This document shows positions 9,106 to 16,494 of a stretch of DNA of 44,831 nt, one piece after another (the first letter of the stretch is position 1; each line of letters opens with the position of its first letter). The translations under genes were made by a program, and so were the position numbers. Under the pieces are notes generated by a model. It made no database searches, was not told the DNA's origin, and saw nothing but the letters and a program-made list of their open reading frames with translations. Source of the stretch: a virus; the IMG/VR virus record IMGVR_UViG_3300025302_000002, positions 1 to 44,831 of that record; one strand, given 5' to 3'.

Positions 9106-10622
9106 TGGAAGGTCCTTGGGAGCAATATTCCTCGGCCGACGCCGGCCCGTGGGATAACTACAAGGCGCCAGCCAAGGAAGCCGGGCCATCGGTCGGTATT
9201 GGCGAGGATCTGGCGAAGGCCGCAGCGACCGTTCCGGGTCGCATGGCCGCGAGTGCCTTTGGGCTCCCTGGCGATCTCTATCATCTAGGCTTGCGAGCGC
9301 TCGGAGACAACCTGACGCCGCGCTCCGAGTACGGCTCCGAAGCCATTCGTCAATCGCTCGGCTCGGATTATCAATCCCAGCGTCTTCCCGGCCAGCTTTT
9401 GCAGAAAGCCGCGGACTTTGCCCCCGGCCTGATCGGTGGCCCGGAAGGTCTCGCCCTGAAGATGGCGACCCGCGTTGCCGCGCCAGTCATCGGGAGCGAG
9501 ATCGGCAAGGAAGCTGCCGGGCCTTATGGCGAGGTTGCCGGTGCGCTGCTCGGTGCCGGCGGTGCTTCGGCCGCAGCCCGTAAGTTTCAGGAGTTGGCGG
9601 CGGCTCGCGGTGCTGCGAGCGCCATCCCATCAGGCGAGGAATTGGTGAGGACCGGAAGCGGGCAATTCGACGCCGCCCGCGACATGAAGATCGTGGTGAA
9701 GCCGGACTTCGTTGCCAACACGGCCGCCGATATGCGGGCCGCGCTGAAGGACTTCGACCCGCAGGACGCGAACGTCAAGGACGTATTTCGCAAGATTGAT
9801 CGCCTAGAGAATATCTCTTCTTCCTCTCCGGGGCTACCGCCTACCGCAGTGGACATGAACGAGATCGAGAACATTCGTAAGCAACTGTCAAAGCTGCGAA
9901 TGAGCCCGGATGCATCAACGCGAGAAGCCGCGAAGACCGCTCAGCTCGTTCTGACGAAGAACCAAGCGGCCCTTACGGCGGCCGATGTCGTCTCCGGTGA
10001 CGCGCCGCTCTACTCAAAAACTATCCAAGAGGCCGTCGGCAATTATGGTGCTGGCAAGCGCTCCTTGACGGTCCAGGGCAAGCAGGACTTGGCCGAACTC
10101 AATGCGGGGACCGCCGGCTCAGGCGCGAACGGTGATAACGCCATGCGCCAAGCGATCAAGCAGCTGGCTCGGCCGATCAACAACACCAATGTGCCGGTAG
10201 CGAAGCGGCTCGGTTTCAACGACGCGGAAGTCGATGCGATCAAGCAGGCCGCCATGGGGACACCACTTGGCAACGCGGCGCGATACCTCGGCAAGCTTGC
10301 CCCCACCGGAAGCGTGTCGGGTGTGTTGGGCGCTGGTGCAGGATATGGCGTCGGCGGCCCGGTGGGTGCGATTGCGCTTCCTGCGGCCGGTTATCTCGCA
10401 AAGAAGATCGGCGATATGTCCACCAAGAGCGCGATTAAGACGCTGGACTCTCTGGTCCGATCTCGCTCTCCGCTGGCCCAGCAGGTTGCGGCACAGTTGC
10501 CGCCTCAAGTCGTCGCTCAGTTGCCAACCAAAACGCAGCGCTTGTTGCAATCCTTAGCCGTCGCTGCGCCGCCCCTGCGTCAGCAGATAAGTCAGCCCGT
10601 AGGCCAGCCCGTACCCCAATAG
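9105..10622 (+). CDS. Putative internal virion/ejection protein (505 aa)
   Basis: TAATG overlap start. Ala/Gly-rich. Third and largest of the series, immediately upstream of the transglycosylase gene. Confidence 0.55.
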   Translation: MEGPWEQYSSADAGPWDNYKAPAKEAGPSVGIGEDLAKAAATVPGRMAASAFGLPGDLYHLGLRALGDNLTPRSEYGSEAIRQSLGSDYQSQRLPGQLLQKAADFAPGLIGGPEGLALKMATRVAAPVIGSEIGKEAAGPYGEVAGALLGAGGASAAARKFQELAAARGAASAIPSGEELVRTGSGQFDAARDMKIVVKPDFVANTAADMRAALKDFDPQDANVKDVFRKIDRLENISSSSPGLPPTAVDMNEIENIRKQLSKLRMSPDASTREAAKTAQLVLTKNQAALTAADVVSGDAPLYSKTIQEAVGNYGAGKRSLTVQGKQDLAELNAGTAGSGANGDNAMRQAIKQLARPINNTNVPVAKRLGFNDAEVDAIKQAAMGTPLGNAARYLGKLAPTGSVSGVLGAGAGYGVGGPVGAIALPAAGYLAKKIGDMSTKSAIKTLDSLVRSRSPLAQQVAAQLPPQVVAQLPTKTQRLLQSLAVAAPPLRQQISQPVGQPVPQ

Positions 10623-10712
10623 GGCCGGGATCAATCCGTTCGGCGTCCAATGCCAGTACACATTGGATGCCATCACCGCGAACATGATCAAGCCCTGAAA
10701 CAGGAACCACAT
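10554..10712 (-). CDS. Candidate antisense small membrane protein (52 aa, two hydrophobic segments)
   Basis: ATG (CAT 10710-10712) lies back to back with ATG 10711 of the + strand gene. It fills an otherwise non-coding 88-nt gap. Third-position GC is very high by eye. No clear SD. Confidence 0.35.
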   Translation of the reverse strand: MWFLFQGLIMFAVMASNVYWHWTPNGLIPALLGYGLAYGLTYLLTQGRRSDG

Positions 10713-11472
10713 GGCTCTATCCGACCGGATCGTTAGCGTCGAGAGCGGCGGCGACGCGAACGCCACCAATCCGAATTCGAGCGCGACCGGAGCAGGCCAA
10801 TTTATCAACAGCACTTGGCTGACGATGATCCGGCAAAATCGGCCGGATTTGGCTGATGGGAAAAGCGATCAAGAAATCCTCGCCATGAGGTCGGACCCAG
10901 CCCTCTCGAAAGAGATGGTGGACGCCTACGCCGCAAGCAACCAGGCCACTCTACAGAAAAACGGCCTGCCGGTCACGCCCGGAACGACCTACCTCGCACA
11001 TTTCGCGGGGCCGGGCGGGGCGGTCAAGGTGCTTCAGGCCGACCCGAACGCTATGGCGGGGGATGTGCTCGGGCCCGCCGTCGTCAAAGCCAATCCATTC
11101 CTTGCCAAGATGACCGCCAGGGACTTGCAGGCGTGGGCGGACAGGAAAATGGGCGGAAGTGCGCCCCAGCCTCAACCCGCACAGGCGAGCCCCGCAGCCC
11201 CGGCAAGCGGCCTTCTGGCGCAAGCCCCGGCGCCACAAGCCCCGATGGGCCTTGCCCCGCCTGCGCCGTCCTCTGGCGGGCTCCTCCAGGCTCCGACCTT
11301 TCCGCAGGCGCCCCAGCAGGCCGTCCCGGCCGATCCCGGACTGTTCGCTCAGATCCCCGCTGAGCAGGCCATGCAGGCCCCACCCATCCACTTCGCCCAA
11401 CGGCGCCCCGTCAACCTCACCGGCCTGCGCAACGCCTTGCAGCAGCGCGCTCCTTTTTTTGCAAAGGTCTAA
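10711..11472 (+). CDS. Virion-associated lytic transglycosylase (SLT domain) with a Pro/Ala/Gln-rich C-terminus (253 aa)
   Basis: Motif VESGGDANATNPNSSATGAGQFINSTW (catalytic Glu plus S-x-x-G-x-x-Q) is typical of the SLT family. Located in the tail/ejection module. Confidence 0.8.
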   Translation: MALSDRIVSVESGGDANATNPNSSATGAGQFINSTWLTMIRQNRPDLADGKSDQEILAMRSDPALSKEMVDAYAASNQATLQKNGLPVTPGTTYLAHFAGPGGAVKVLQADPNAMAGDVLGPAVVKANPFLAKMTARDLQAWADRKMGGSAPQPQPAQASPAAPASGLLAQAPAPQAPMGLAPPAPSSGGLLQAPTFPQAPQQAVPADPGLFAQIPAEQAMQAPPIHFAQRRPVNLTGLRNALQQRAPFFAKV

Positions 11473-11475
11473 TTG

Positions 11476-12474
11476 ATGGCACTTCCGTTCTATAACTGGA
11501 GCCGGACGGCTTCCAGCAACGCCAATGCTGACTCCACGGTCAATTGGGCGGAGGGCCAAAGTCCGTCCAGCGTCAACGATTCCGCTCGCGCGATGATGGC
11601 CTCGACGGCGGCGTATCGGGACGACGTGGCGGGCGCCATTGCGACCGGCGGCACTTCGACCGCGTACACGGTCGCGAGCTACCAAGTGTTCGACACGCTC
11701 GCTCACCTCAATGGCCAGATGGTCGCATTCACGCCTCACGCGACGAATGGCGCGACGGTCACGCTCAACGTTGACGGCCTCGGGGCCAAGCCGCTCCGCT
11801 CTGCGCCTTCCGTCGAGCTCCCGGCAGGTGTTCTTGTGCAGGGGACGCCCTATGCCGCGCTCTACAACTCGAGCGACGCGGCGTTTTATCTGCATGGGTT
11901 TTTTACTAACCCGTACTCAATTCCGATCGGCGCGAGCGTGGACTTCTGGGGCTCGTCTGCGCCGAACAGCTCGTTTGTTCTCGCTTATGGACAGGCTATC
12001 AGCCGCACGACCTATTCGACGTTGTTCTCGCTGCTTTCCACCACATACGGTTCCGGGGATGGCAGCACGACGTTCAACGTTCCGGACCTTCGCGGACGGG
12101 TGATCGCCGGCAAGGACGACATGGGCGGGAGCGCGGCGAGCCGAATCGGATCAGTATCGACGGACAACGGCACGATTGTCGGCGCAACTCTCGGTTCGAC
12201 GGGCGGCTCTCCAACTCACGTCCTGACATCAGGTGAGATGCCGACGCATACGCATAGCGTCACCGACCCCGGTCATACGCACGGAACCTCAAAAACACTG
12301 TGGGGCTCAGAGGCTTCTGGTAGCGCCGCCGCTGGTGGCCCGGCATTCGTAATGACCGCTGCAACGATCAACTCAGCTACCACTGGCATCTCGATCCAGA
12401 ATGCTGGCTCCGGTGGGGCTCACGCCATCCTTCAGCCCACCATCATCGCCAACAAGCTTTTGAGAATTATCTGA
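11476..12474 (+). CDS. Tail fibre with phage tail-collar domain (332 aa)
   Basis: Motif GDGSTTFNVPDLRGRVIAG (tail-collar signature), then MPTHTHSVTDPGHTHG...GGAHAILQP. ATG 11476 (TTG 11473 is also possible). Confidence 0.75.
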   Translation: MALPFYNWSRTASSNANADSTVNWAEGQSPSSVNDSARAMMASTAAYRDDVAGAIATGGTSTAYTVASYQVFDTLAHLNGQMVAFTPHATNGATVTLNVDGLGAKPLRSAPSVELPAGVLVQGTPYAALYNSSDAAFYLHGFFTNPYSIPIGASVDFWGSSAPNSSFVLAYGQAISRTTYSTLFSLLSTTYGSGDGSTTFNVPDLRGRVIAGKDDMGGSAASRIGSVSTDNGTIVGATLGSTGGSPTHVLTSGEMPTHTHSVTDPGHTHGTSKTLWGSEASGSAAAGGPAFVMTAATINSATTGISIQNAGSGGAHAILQPTIIANKLLRII

Positions 12475-12629
12475 CCTCTGCTTCTTCTCGAACAGTTCGA
12501 GATGAAAGCGCATCCGCTCCGCGTCAGCCTCTTCGCTTATACCGTCGAAGGCGTCTTTAGGCATTTGGCATTCCCGCGCTGATTTGGCGCGCCAACAAAA
12601 CCACAACCCCTAGCAGAGTCAACCCAGAG

Positions 12630-13193
12630 ATGAAGAACAGCCACAAGGCTGGCGCTGCTGGCGCCGGCGTGATCCTGCTTGCCGCCTCGTTCATCCAACC
12701 TTGGGAGGGCCTGTGGACGACCGCCAAGGTGGACACGATCGGCACGGGCCGGCCGGTGACTGTCTGCTACGGCGCGACCAGGGCTGAGCTGCCCGACCTG
12801 AAGGTGGGCGAGAAGTTCACGCCGCAGGAATGCAGCGACATGCTCAAGAAGGCCATTCCGAAATACTGGAAGGGGATTGCTCCGAGCATCCACGTTGAGC
12901 TGCCGGACAAGGTGAAGGCCGCGTTGATCTCCGCGGCCTACAACGCTGGTTCTGCCGCCGTCGCCAAGTCTCCCATGGTCGCGCGCATGAATGCTGGCGA
13001 TCTCCGCGCAGGGTGTAACGCCTTCGCCACTTGGTACGTGCGGGCGCAGGGGCGCGTGGTCAAGGGCCTCATCAACCGCAGGGCCAGCGAAAAGCAACTC
13101 TGCCTCGAAGGGCTGGCCGAAGGCGTCGCGCAGCCCAGCTTCCTCGAAAAACTGAAGCTCATGTTCCTCTCAATCTGGAAGGAGATTTTCTGA
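12630..13193 (+). CDS. SAR endolysin, lysozyme (GH24, T4/P21-like) (187 aa)
   Basis: The weakly hydrophobic Gly/Ala-rich N-terminus AGAAGAGVILLAASFI is followed by E-x8-D...TVCYG catalytic spacing, as in P21 R-type lysozymes. Confidence 0.8.
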   Translation: MKNSHKAGAAGAGVILLAASFIQPWEGLWTTAKVDTIGTGRPVTVCYGATRAELPDLKVGEKFTPQECSDMLKKAIPKYWKGIAPSIHVELPDKVKAALISAAYNAGSAAVAKSPMVARMNAGDLRAGCNAFATWYVRAQGRVVKGLINRRASEKQLCLEGLAEGVAQPSFLEKLKLMFLSIWKEIF

Positions 13194-13348
13194 TGTTTGC
13201 GCTTGTCGATATCGCATGGTTCGTCGCTGGCGGCGCTCTCGTCTGGTTCTACAAGGACAAGCTGCTGGCGTGGTGGAAGGGCGCCGAGAAGTTCGCGCAG
13301 GATCTGAAGGCCAAGGCTGACGCCATCTCTTCGGCAGTCAAAAAGTAA
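13193..13348 (+). CDS. Small single-TM protein, holin/antiholin candidate (51 aa)
   Basis: TGATG overlap with the endolysin stop. N-terminal TM segment VDIAWFVAGGALVWF and a charged C-terminus. Not in the ORF track as a separate start. Confidence 0.5.
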   Translation: MFALVDIAWFVAGGALVWFYKDKLLAWWKGAEKFAQDLKAKADAISSAVKK

Positions 13349-13740
13349 TGTGGTCCTGGCTGGCCTCGTTCCTAAGCGGGCCACTGCTCTCCAAGCTGGT
13401 CGATGCCTACAAGGCGAAACTGGAGAGCGACAACAACTCCGAGAAGGTCGCGGCCGATCTCGCTGGCAAGGATCTCGAACTCCAGGCGAAAGAACGCGAG
13501 ATCAACGCCAAGCAAATACAGGCCGAGGAGGGCAGGTGGTGGGTCGCCGCTCCTCGCGCCGTCGTTTGCTGGTGCGTGGCAATCTACGTCGCAAAAATCA
13601 TCGTGTGGGACACGGTTCTCCACCTCGGGGTGACTTACCCCCTCAAGGGGGTGATGGCCGACGCTTTCAGTACCGTTCTGTGTTTTTGGTTCGGGGGGAG
13701 AACCCTCGAGAAAATTGCAAGGATATGGAGACCAAGATGA
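13348..13740 (+). CDS. Putative holin (GTA-type 3-TM holin-like) (130 aa)
   Basis: TAATG overlap start. N-terminal amphipathic/coiled part, then hydrophobic segments WWVAAPRAVVCWCVAIYVAKIIVW and FSTVLCFWFGG. The pattern recalls alphaproteobacterial GTA holins. Confidence 0.5.
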   Translation: MWSWLASFLSGPLLSKLVDAYKAKLESDNNSEKVAADLAGKDLELQAKEREINAKQIQAEEGRWWVAAPRAVVCWCVAIYVAKIIVWDTVLHLGVTYPLKGVMADAFSTVLCFWFGGRTLEKIARIWRPR

Positions 13741-13943
13741 AGTTGCTGACTGCGGCGGCGGTCGCTCTGTTGCTCGGAGGCTGCGCAACCGTGCAGCCAG
13801 GAGCACCAATCAAGCAGAGTTATACTAAATCCGCGAAAATAGTACAGCCGAAGCACGCGGCGCCTTGCCCGTGCAGTCCGACCGCAAACCAAGTCGTGAA
13901 GAAGCGATGGTATGACGGCTTCAAGGTCCGGTGGCTGCATTGA
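13737..13943 (+). CDS. Lipoprotein, o-spanin candidate (68 aa)
   Basis: ATGA overlap start. Signal peptide with lipobox LLLGGC. Lies in the lysis cassette. Confidence 0.55.
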   Translation: MKLLTAAAVALLLGGCATVQPGAPIKQSYTKSAKIVQPKHAAPCPCSPTANQVVKKRWYDGFKVRWLH

Positions 13944-14119
13944 TGACGCTGGAATCCGCCAACAAGGGCGCTGCCGTCGCTGCCGTTACGAGCCCGTGGT
14001 GGCTCCCCGTCCTTCACTCGATCTCGGAGGTGGCGGCTCTCGTTCTTCCCATCCTCGGCGTCCTGTGGCTGTGCGTGCAGATCGTGGTGAAGCTTTACCA
14101 CGTAAGGCGCCCTGAGTGA
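13943..14119 (+). CDS. Small membrane protein (58 aa)
   Basis: TGATG overlap start. Hydrophobic stretches WWLPVLHSISEVAALVLPILGVLWLCVQIVV. Confidence 0.5.
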   Translation: MTLESANKGAAVAAVTSPWWLPVLHSISEVAALVLPILGVLWLCVQIVVKLYHVRRPE

Positions 14120-14322
14120 CCCGCGGCATCCTGGTCGCATTCGCTCTGGCCGTTCTGGCCTACGCATTCTTCGATCAACCCAAGCCGGTCAAGGCAGTGC
14201 AGGTCGACTACTGCATGATCTCCTATCGCGCGTTGGCGAGGGGTCAGTTCGGGCTTCCTCACATCATTTGGACCCAGGGCTGGGGGCCATGCTCTCAGCT
14301 CGACAGATACGAGAACATTTAA
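14116..14322 (+). CDS. Small N-terminally anchored protein (68 aa)
   Basis: GTGA overlap start. N-terminal TM segment GILVAFALAVLAYAFF. Confidence 0.5.
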   Translation: MTRGILVAFALAVLAYAFFDQPKPVKAVQVDYCMISYRALARGQFGLPHIIWTQGWGPCSQLDRYENI

Positions 14323-14709
14323 ATGAAAATCGACAAGGGCGGGGCAGGATGGATCATCTTCATCCTGGCCGCGGTGATTTCGCTTGTCTTCCTTGTGTCG
14401 GCGCTGGTGGGTAAGGCAAGAGCCCACGACCAAAACAAGCCAGAGCTGAACGATTGGTACTTCTCGCTGCGGAGCAAGGGCAACGCTCCATGTTGCGGTG
14501 GCCCATCTGATGACGCCACCAAACTAGAAGAGTTGCAGTGGCGGACCAAGGGCGGCGCCTTTGAGGTTTACGTTGAGAACCAGTGGATCGATGTGCCGGA
14601 CTCGGCCGTTGTCCCGGTCCCGAACAAAGATGGCCGGGCGCTGGTCTGGCTGTCCTACGCAGACGGCAAGCCAGCCGTTCGCTGCTTCATGCCGGGGCAG
14701 TTGTCCTGA
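14323..14709 (+). CDS. N-terminally anchored/exported protein with a CC motif (128 aa)
   Basis: TM segment WIIFILAAVISLVFLVSALVG, then AHDQNKPELNDWY...APCCGG. Family not recognised. Confidence 0.6.
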   Translation: MKIDKGGAGWIIFILAAVISLVFLVSALVGKARAHDQNKPELNDWYFSLRSKGNAPCCGGPSDDATKLEELQWRTKGGAFEVYVENQWIDVPDSAVVPVPNKDGRALVWLSYADGKPAVRCFMPGQLS

Positions 14710-15453
14710 ATGGGTGTCAAACTCCTATTTCTCGACATCGAAACCGCTCCCATTCTGATGACGTCTTGGTCGATGCGACCACCCTACGCCGGAGCGGTCT
14801 GGGTTGAACGTGACACCTTCATCCTCATGTTCTCCTACAAATGGGCGCACGAAAAGCAGGTCAAGACAGTCTGCCTTCCTGATTTTCCTCGCTACAAGCG
14901 CAGCAAATACGACGATAAGGATCTTTGCCGCGATCTTCATTCTCTCCTGGATGAGGCGGACATTGTTTGCGCCCACAACGGCGACGCGTTCGATATCAAG
15001 AAGATCAACAGCCGCCTCATCGTCAACGGCTTCCAGCCGCCAAGCCCATACAAGACGATCGACACGCTGAAGATCGCGCGACGGGTGTTCAAGTTCGACA
15101 GCAACAAGCTGGACAACATCGGCCGGTATCTCGGGGAGGGGCGTAAGATTCCCAACACGGGGGCGGCGCTCTGGCGGGGCTGCGTGGATGGCGACCTGAA
15201 GTCGTGGTCCACCATGCGCCGCTACGGTAAGCAAGATACGGCCTTGCTGGCGAATGCCTATGAGCGGCTTAGGTCGTGGGCGCCGAACCATCCGAACCTG
15301 AACCTCTACAAGGCATATCAGGACCGGGTCGGTTGTCCGACCTGCGGCGGCGAGCACGTCCAGCGCCGCGGCGTGCAGGTCAAGCAGAGCCGCAAATACT
15401 ATCGCTTCCAATGCCAGGACTGTGGCGGCTGGTTCTCGGGGATGAAGGTATGA
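14710..15453 (+). CDS. DEDD-type 3'-5' exonuclease (RNase H-like fold) with a C-terminal zinc ribbon (247 aa)
   Basis: Motifs LFLDIETAP (ExoI), CAHNGDAFD (ExoII), GKQDTALL (ExoIII-like), and C-terminal CPTCGG...CQDCGG. Confidence 0.7.
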   Translation: MGVKLLFLDIETAPILMTSWSMRPPYAGAVWVERDTFILMFSYKWAHEKQVKTVCLPDFPRYKRSKYDDKDLCRDLHSLLDEADIVCAHNGDAFDIKKINSRLIVNGFQPPSPYKTIDTLKIARRVFKFDSNKLDNIGRYLGEGRKIPNTGAALWRGCVDGDLKSWSTMRRYGKQDTALLANAYERLRSWAPNHPNLNLYKAYQDRVGCPTCGGEHVQRRGVQVKQSRKYYRFQCQDCGGWFSGMKV

Positions 15454-15797
15454 AGCCGCTTCCGCTCACCCCCGAGCTGCTGGCTCATGCCTACGACTAC
15501 CTGACTTGCCTACCGCCGTTCTCGAAGTTCAACATGCCGCCTTCGGACGATATCAAGTTTCGGGTGATCAAGTCCAAGAAGATATTCGCCCGTTACTTCA
15601 TCGAAGGCGGCGTGCATCACATCGATGTGTCTAGCAAAATGGTCGGAAGTCACATCGTCCTGCTCTCGACTCTTGCGCACGAGGCGATCCACCTTCATCT
15701 TGAGGAGATCGGGGCTTGCGATCAGCATGGGCCGGCGTTTCAGGCGGTTGCTGACAAGGTGTGTACGATCCATGGCTTCGATAGATTGACGTTCTGA
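15450..15797 (+). CDS. SprT-like zinc metalloprotease domain protein (115 aa)
   Basis: ATGA overlap start. HEAIH (HExxH) motif in the context LSTLAHEAIHLHL. Confidence 0.6.
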   Translation: MKPLPLTPELLAHAYDYLTCLPPFSKFNMPPSDDIKFRVIKSKKIFARYFIEGGVHHIDVSSKMVGSHIVLLSTLAHEAIHLHLEEIGACDQHGPAFQAVADKVCTIHGFDRLTF

Positions 15798-15940
15798 TGT
15801 CGGGCTGGCTTATCGCACTGACCGGCGCAATTTACGCGGTGATTTCAATAGAGCAGTTCGCCAAGAGCAACCCAGCAATGGGCATTGTTTATGCGGGCTA
15901 CGCATGGTCGAACGCCGGATTATGGTGGATGGTGAAATGA
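15797..15940 (+). CDS. Small two-TM membrane protein (47 aa), absent from the ORF track
   Basis: TGATG overlap with the upstream stop and ATGA overlap with the downstream start. Translation is MSGWLIALTGAIYAVISIEQFAKSNPAMGIVYAGYAWSNAGLWWMVK. Confidence 0.5.
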   Translation: MSGWLIALTGAIYAVISIEQFAKSNPAMGIVYAGYAWSNAGLWWMVK

Positions 15941-16230
15941 ACGCTCCCGAGATCGCAAACAAGGCCGCCGAGCTCGTCGGCGGAGACCGCGCCGAGCAAC
16001 ACGGCGACAAAGAAAAGACCTTCGCCAGGATCGCCGCCTATTGGACGGCGTATATTCGCAACCGTCCAGATCCGGACGCGCCACTGACCTCCGTGGACGT
16101 GGGCTGGATGATGGTGGATCTGAAGAAGGCCCGCACACAGGGCGGGGCATTCAACATCGACGACTTCGTTGACGGGGCCGGCTACATCGCCTGCGCTGGC
16201 GAGATCGCCTCAAAGCAGTTCCGCCGCTAA
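15937..16230 (+). CDS. DUF6378-like phage protein (97 aa)
   Basis: The pattern GGDRAEQHGDKEKTFARIAAYW...VDVGWMMVDLKKAR...DGAGYIACAGEI matches the widespread phage domain I recall as DUF6378. Confidence 0.55.
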   Translation: MNAPEIANKAAELVGGDRAEQHGDKEKTFARIAAYWTAYIRNRPDPDAPLTSVDVGWMMVDLKKARTQGGAFNIDDFVDGAGYIACAGEIASKQFRR

Positions 16231-16253
16231 CCCACCTCAAATCGGACCTGACC

Positions 16254-16277
16254 AGCCGCCTTAACGGGCGGCTTTTT
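16254..16277 (+). terminator. Rho-independent terminator ending the late/lysis/cargo operon
   Basis: Stem AGCCGCC (16254-16260) / GGCGGCT (16267-16273), 6-nt loop, T5 run at 16273-16277. Confidence 0.7.
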
Positions 16278-16293
16278 CGTGCTGGAGATCTTA

Positions 16294-16482
16294 ATGGGAT
16301 TCGGAAAACTCGGCGCAATGGGCCGTGGGTTTGGGGGGCTCGGCGCTTCCCTTGGGAATGCGAGTGCCTCTTCGTTCGCGCCCTATACTGCACCTTCTGG
16401 CTATCACTGGGAATTTGTGACCGAAGACGGGGCGCGCGTCACCGAGAGTGGCGTCCCGGTCGTTGAACTTGTCGCGAACTAA
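16294..16482 (+). CDS. Small Gly-rich hypothetical protein (62 aa)
   Basis: ATG 16294 follows GGAG. N-terminus is GFGKLGAMGRGFGGLGASLG. Immediately upstream of the SGNH gene. Confidence 0.45.
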   Translation: MGFGKLGAMGRGFGGLGASLGNASASSFAPYTAPSGYHWEFVTEDGARVTESGVPVVELVAN

Positions 16483-16494
16483 AGGATTTACATC

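Noticed and set aside
7543-9189. 548-aa ORF on the - strand opposite the ejection-protein genes. Similar long shadow ORFs occur at 10951-11895 (-), 42007-43008 (-), 43137-44036 (-), 22553-23677 (+), 26737-27489 (+) and 29620-30348 (+).
   Set aside because: Their composition is Arg/Gly/Ala/Pro-rich with no motifs. They lie antisense to genes with recognisable families or strong operon logic. Long open shadow frames are expected at this GC content.
12373-12564. 63-aa - strand ORF in the gap between the collar fibre and the endolysin (MPKDAFDGISEEADAERMRFHLELFEKK...).
   Set aside because: Only the first ~30 codons, within the gap, look coding. The remaining ~100 nt overlap the fibre gene with poor codon bias, and the SD is weak (GGGAA). 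Left unresolved rather than called.
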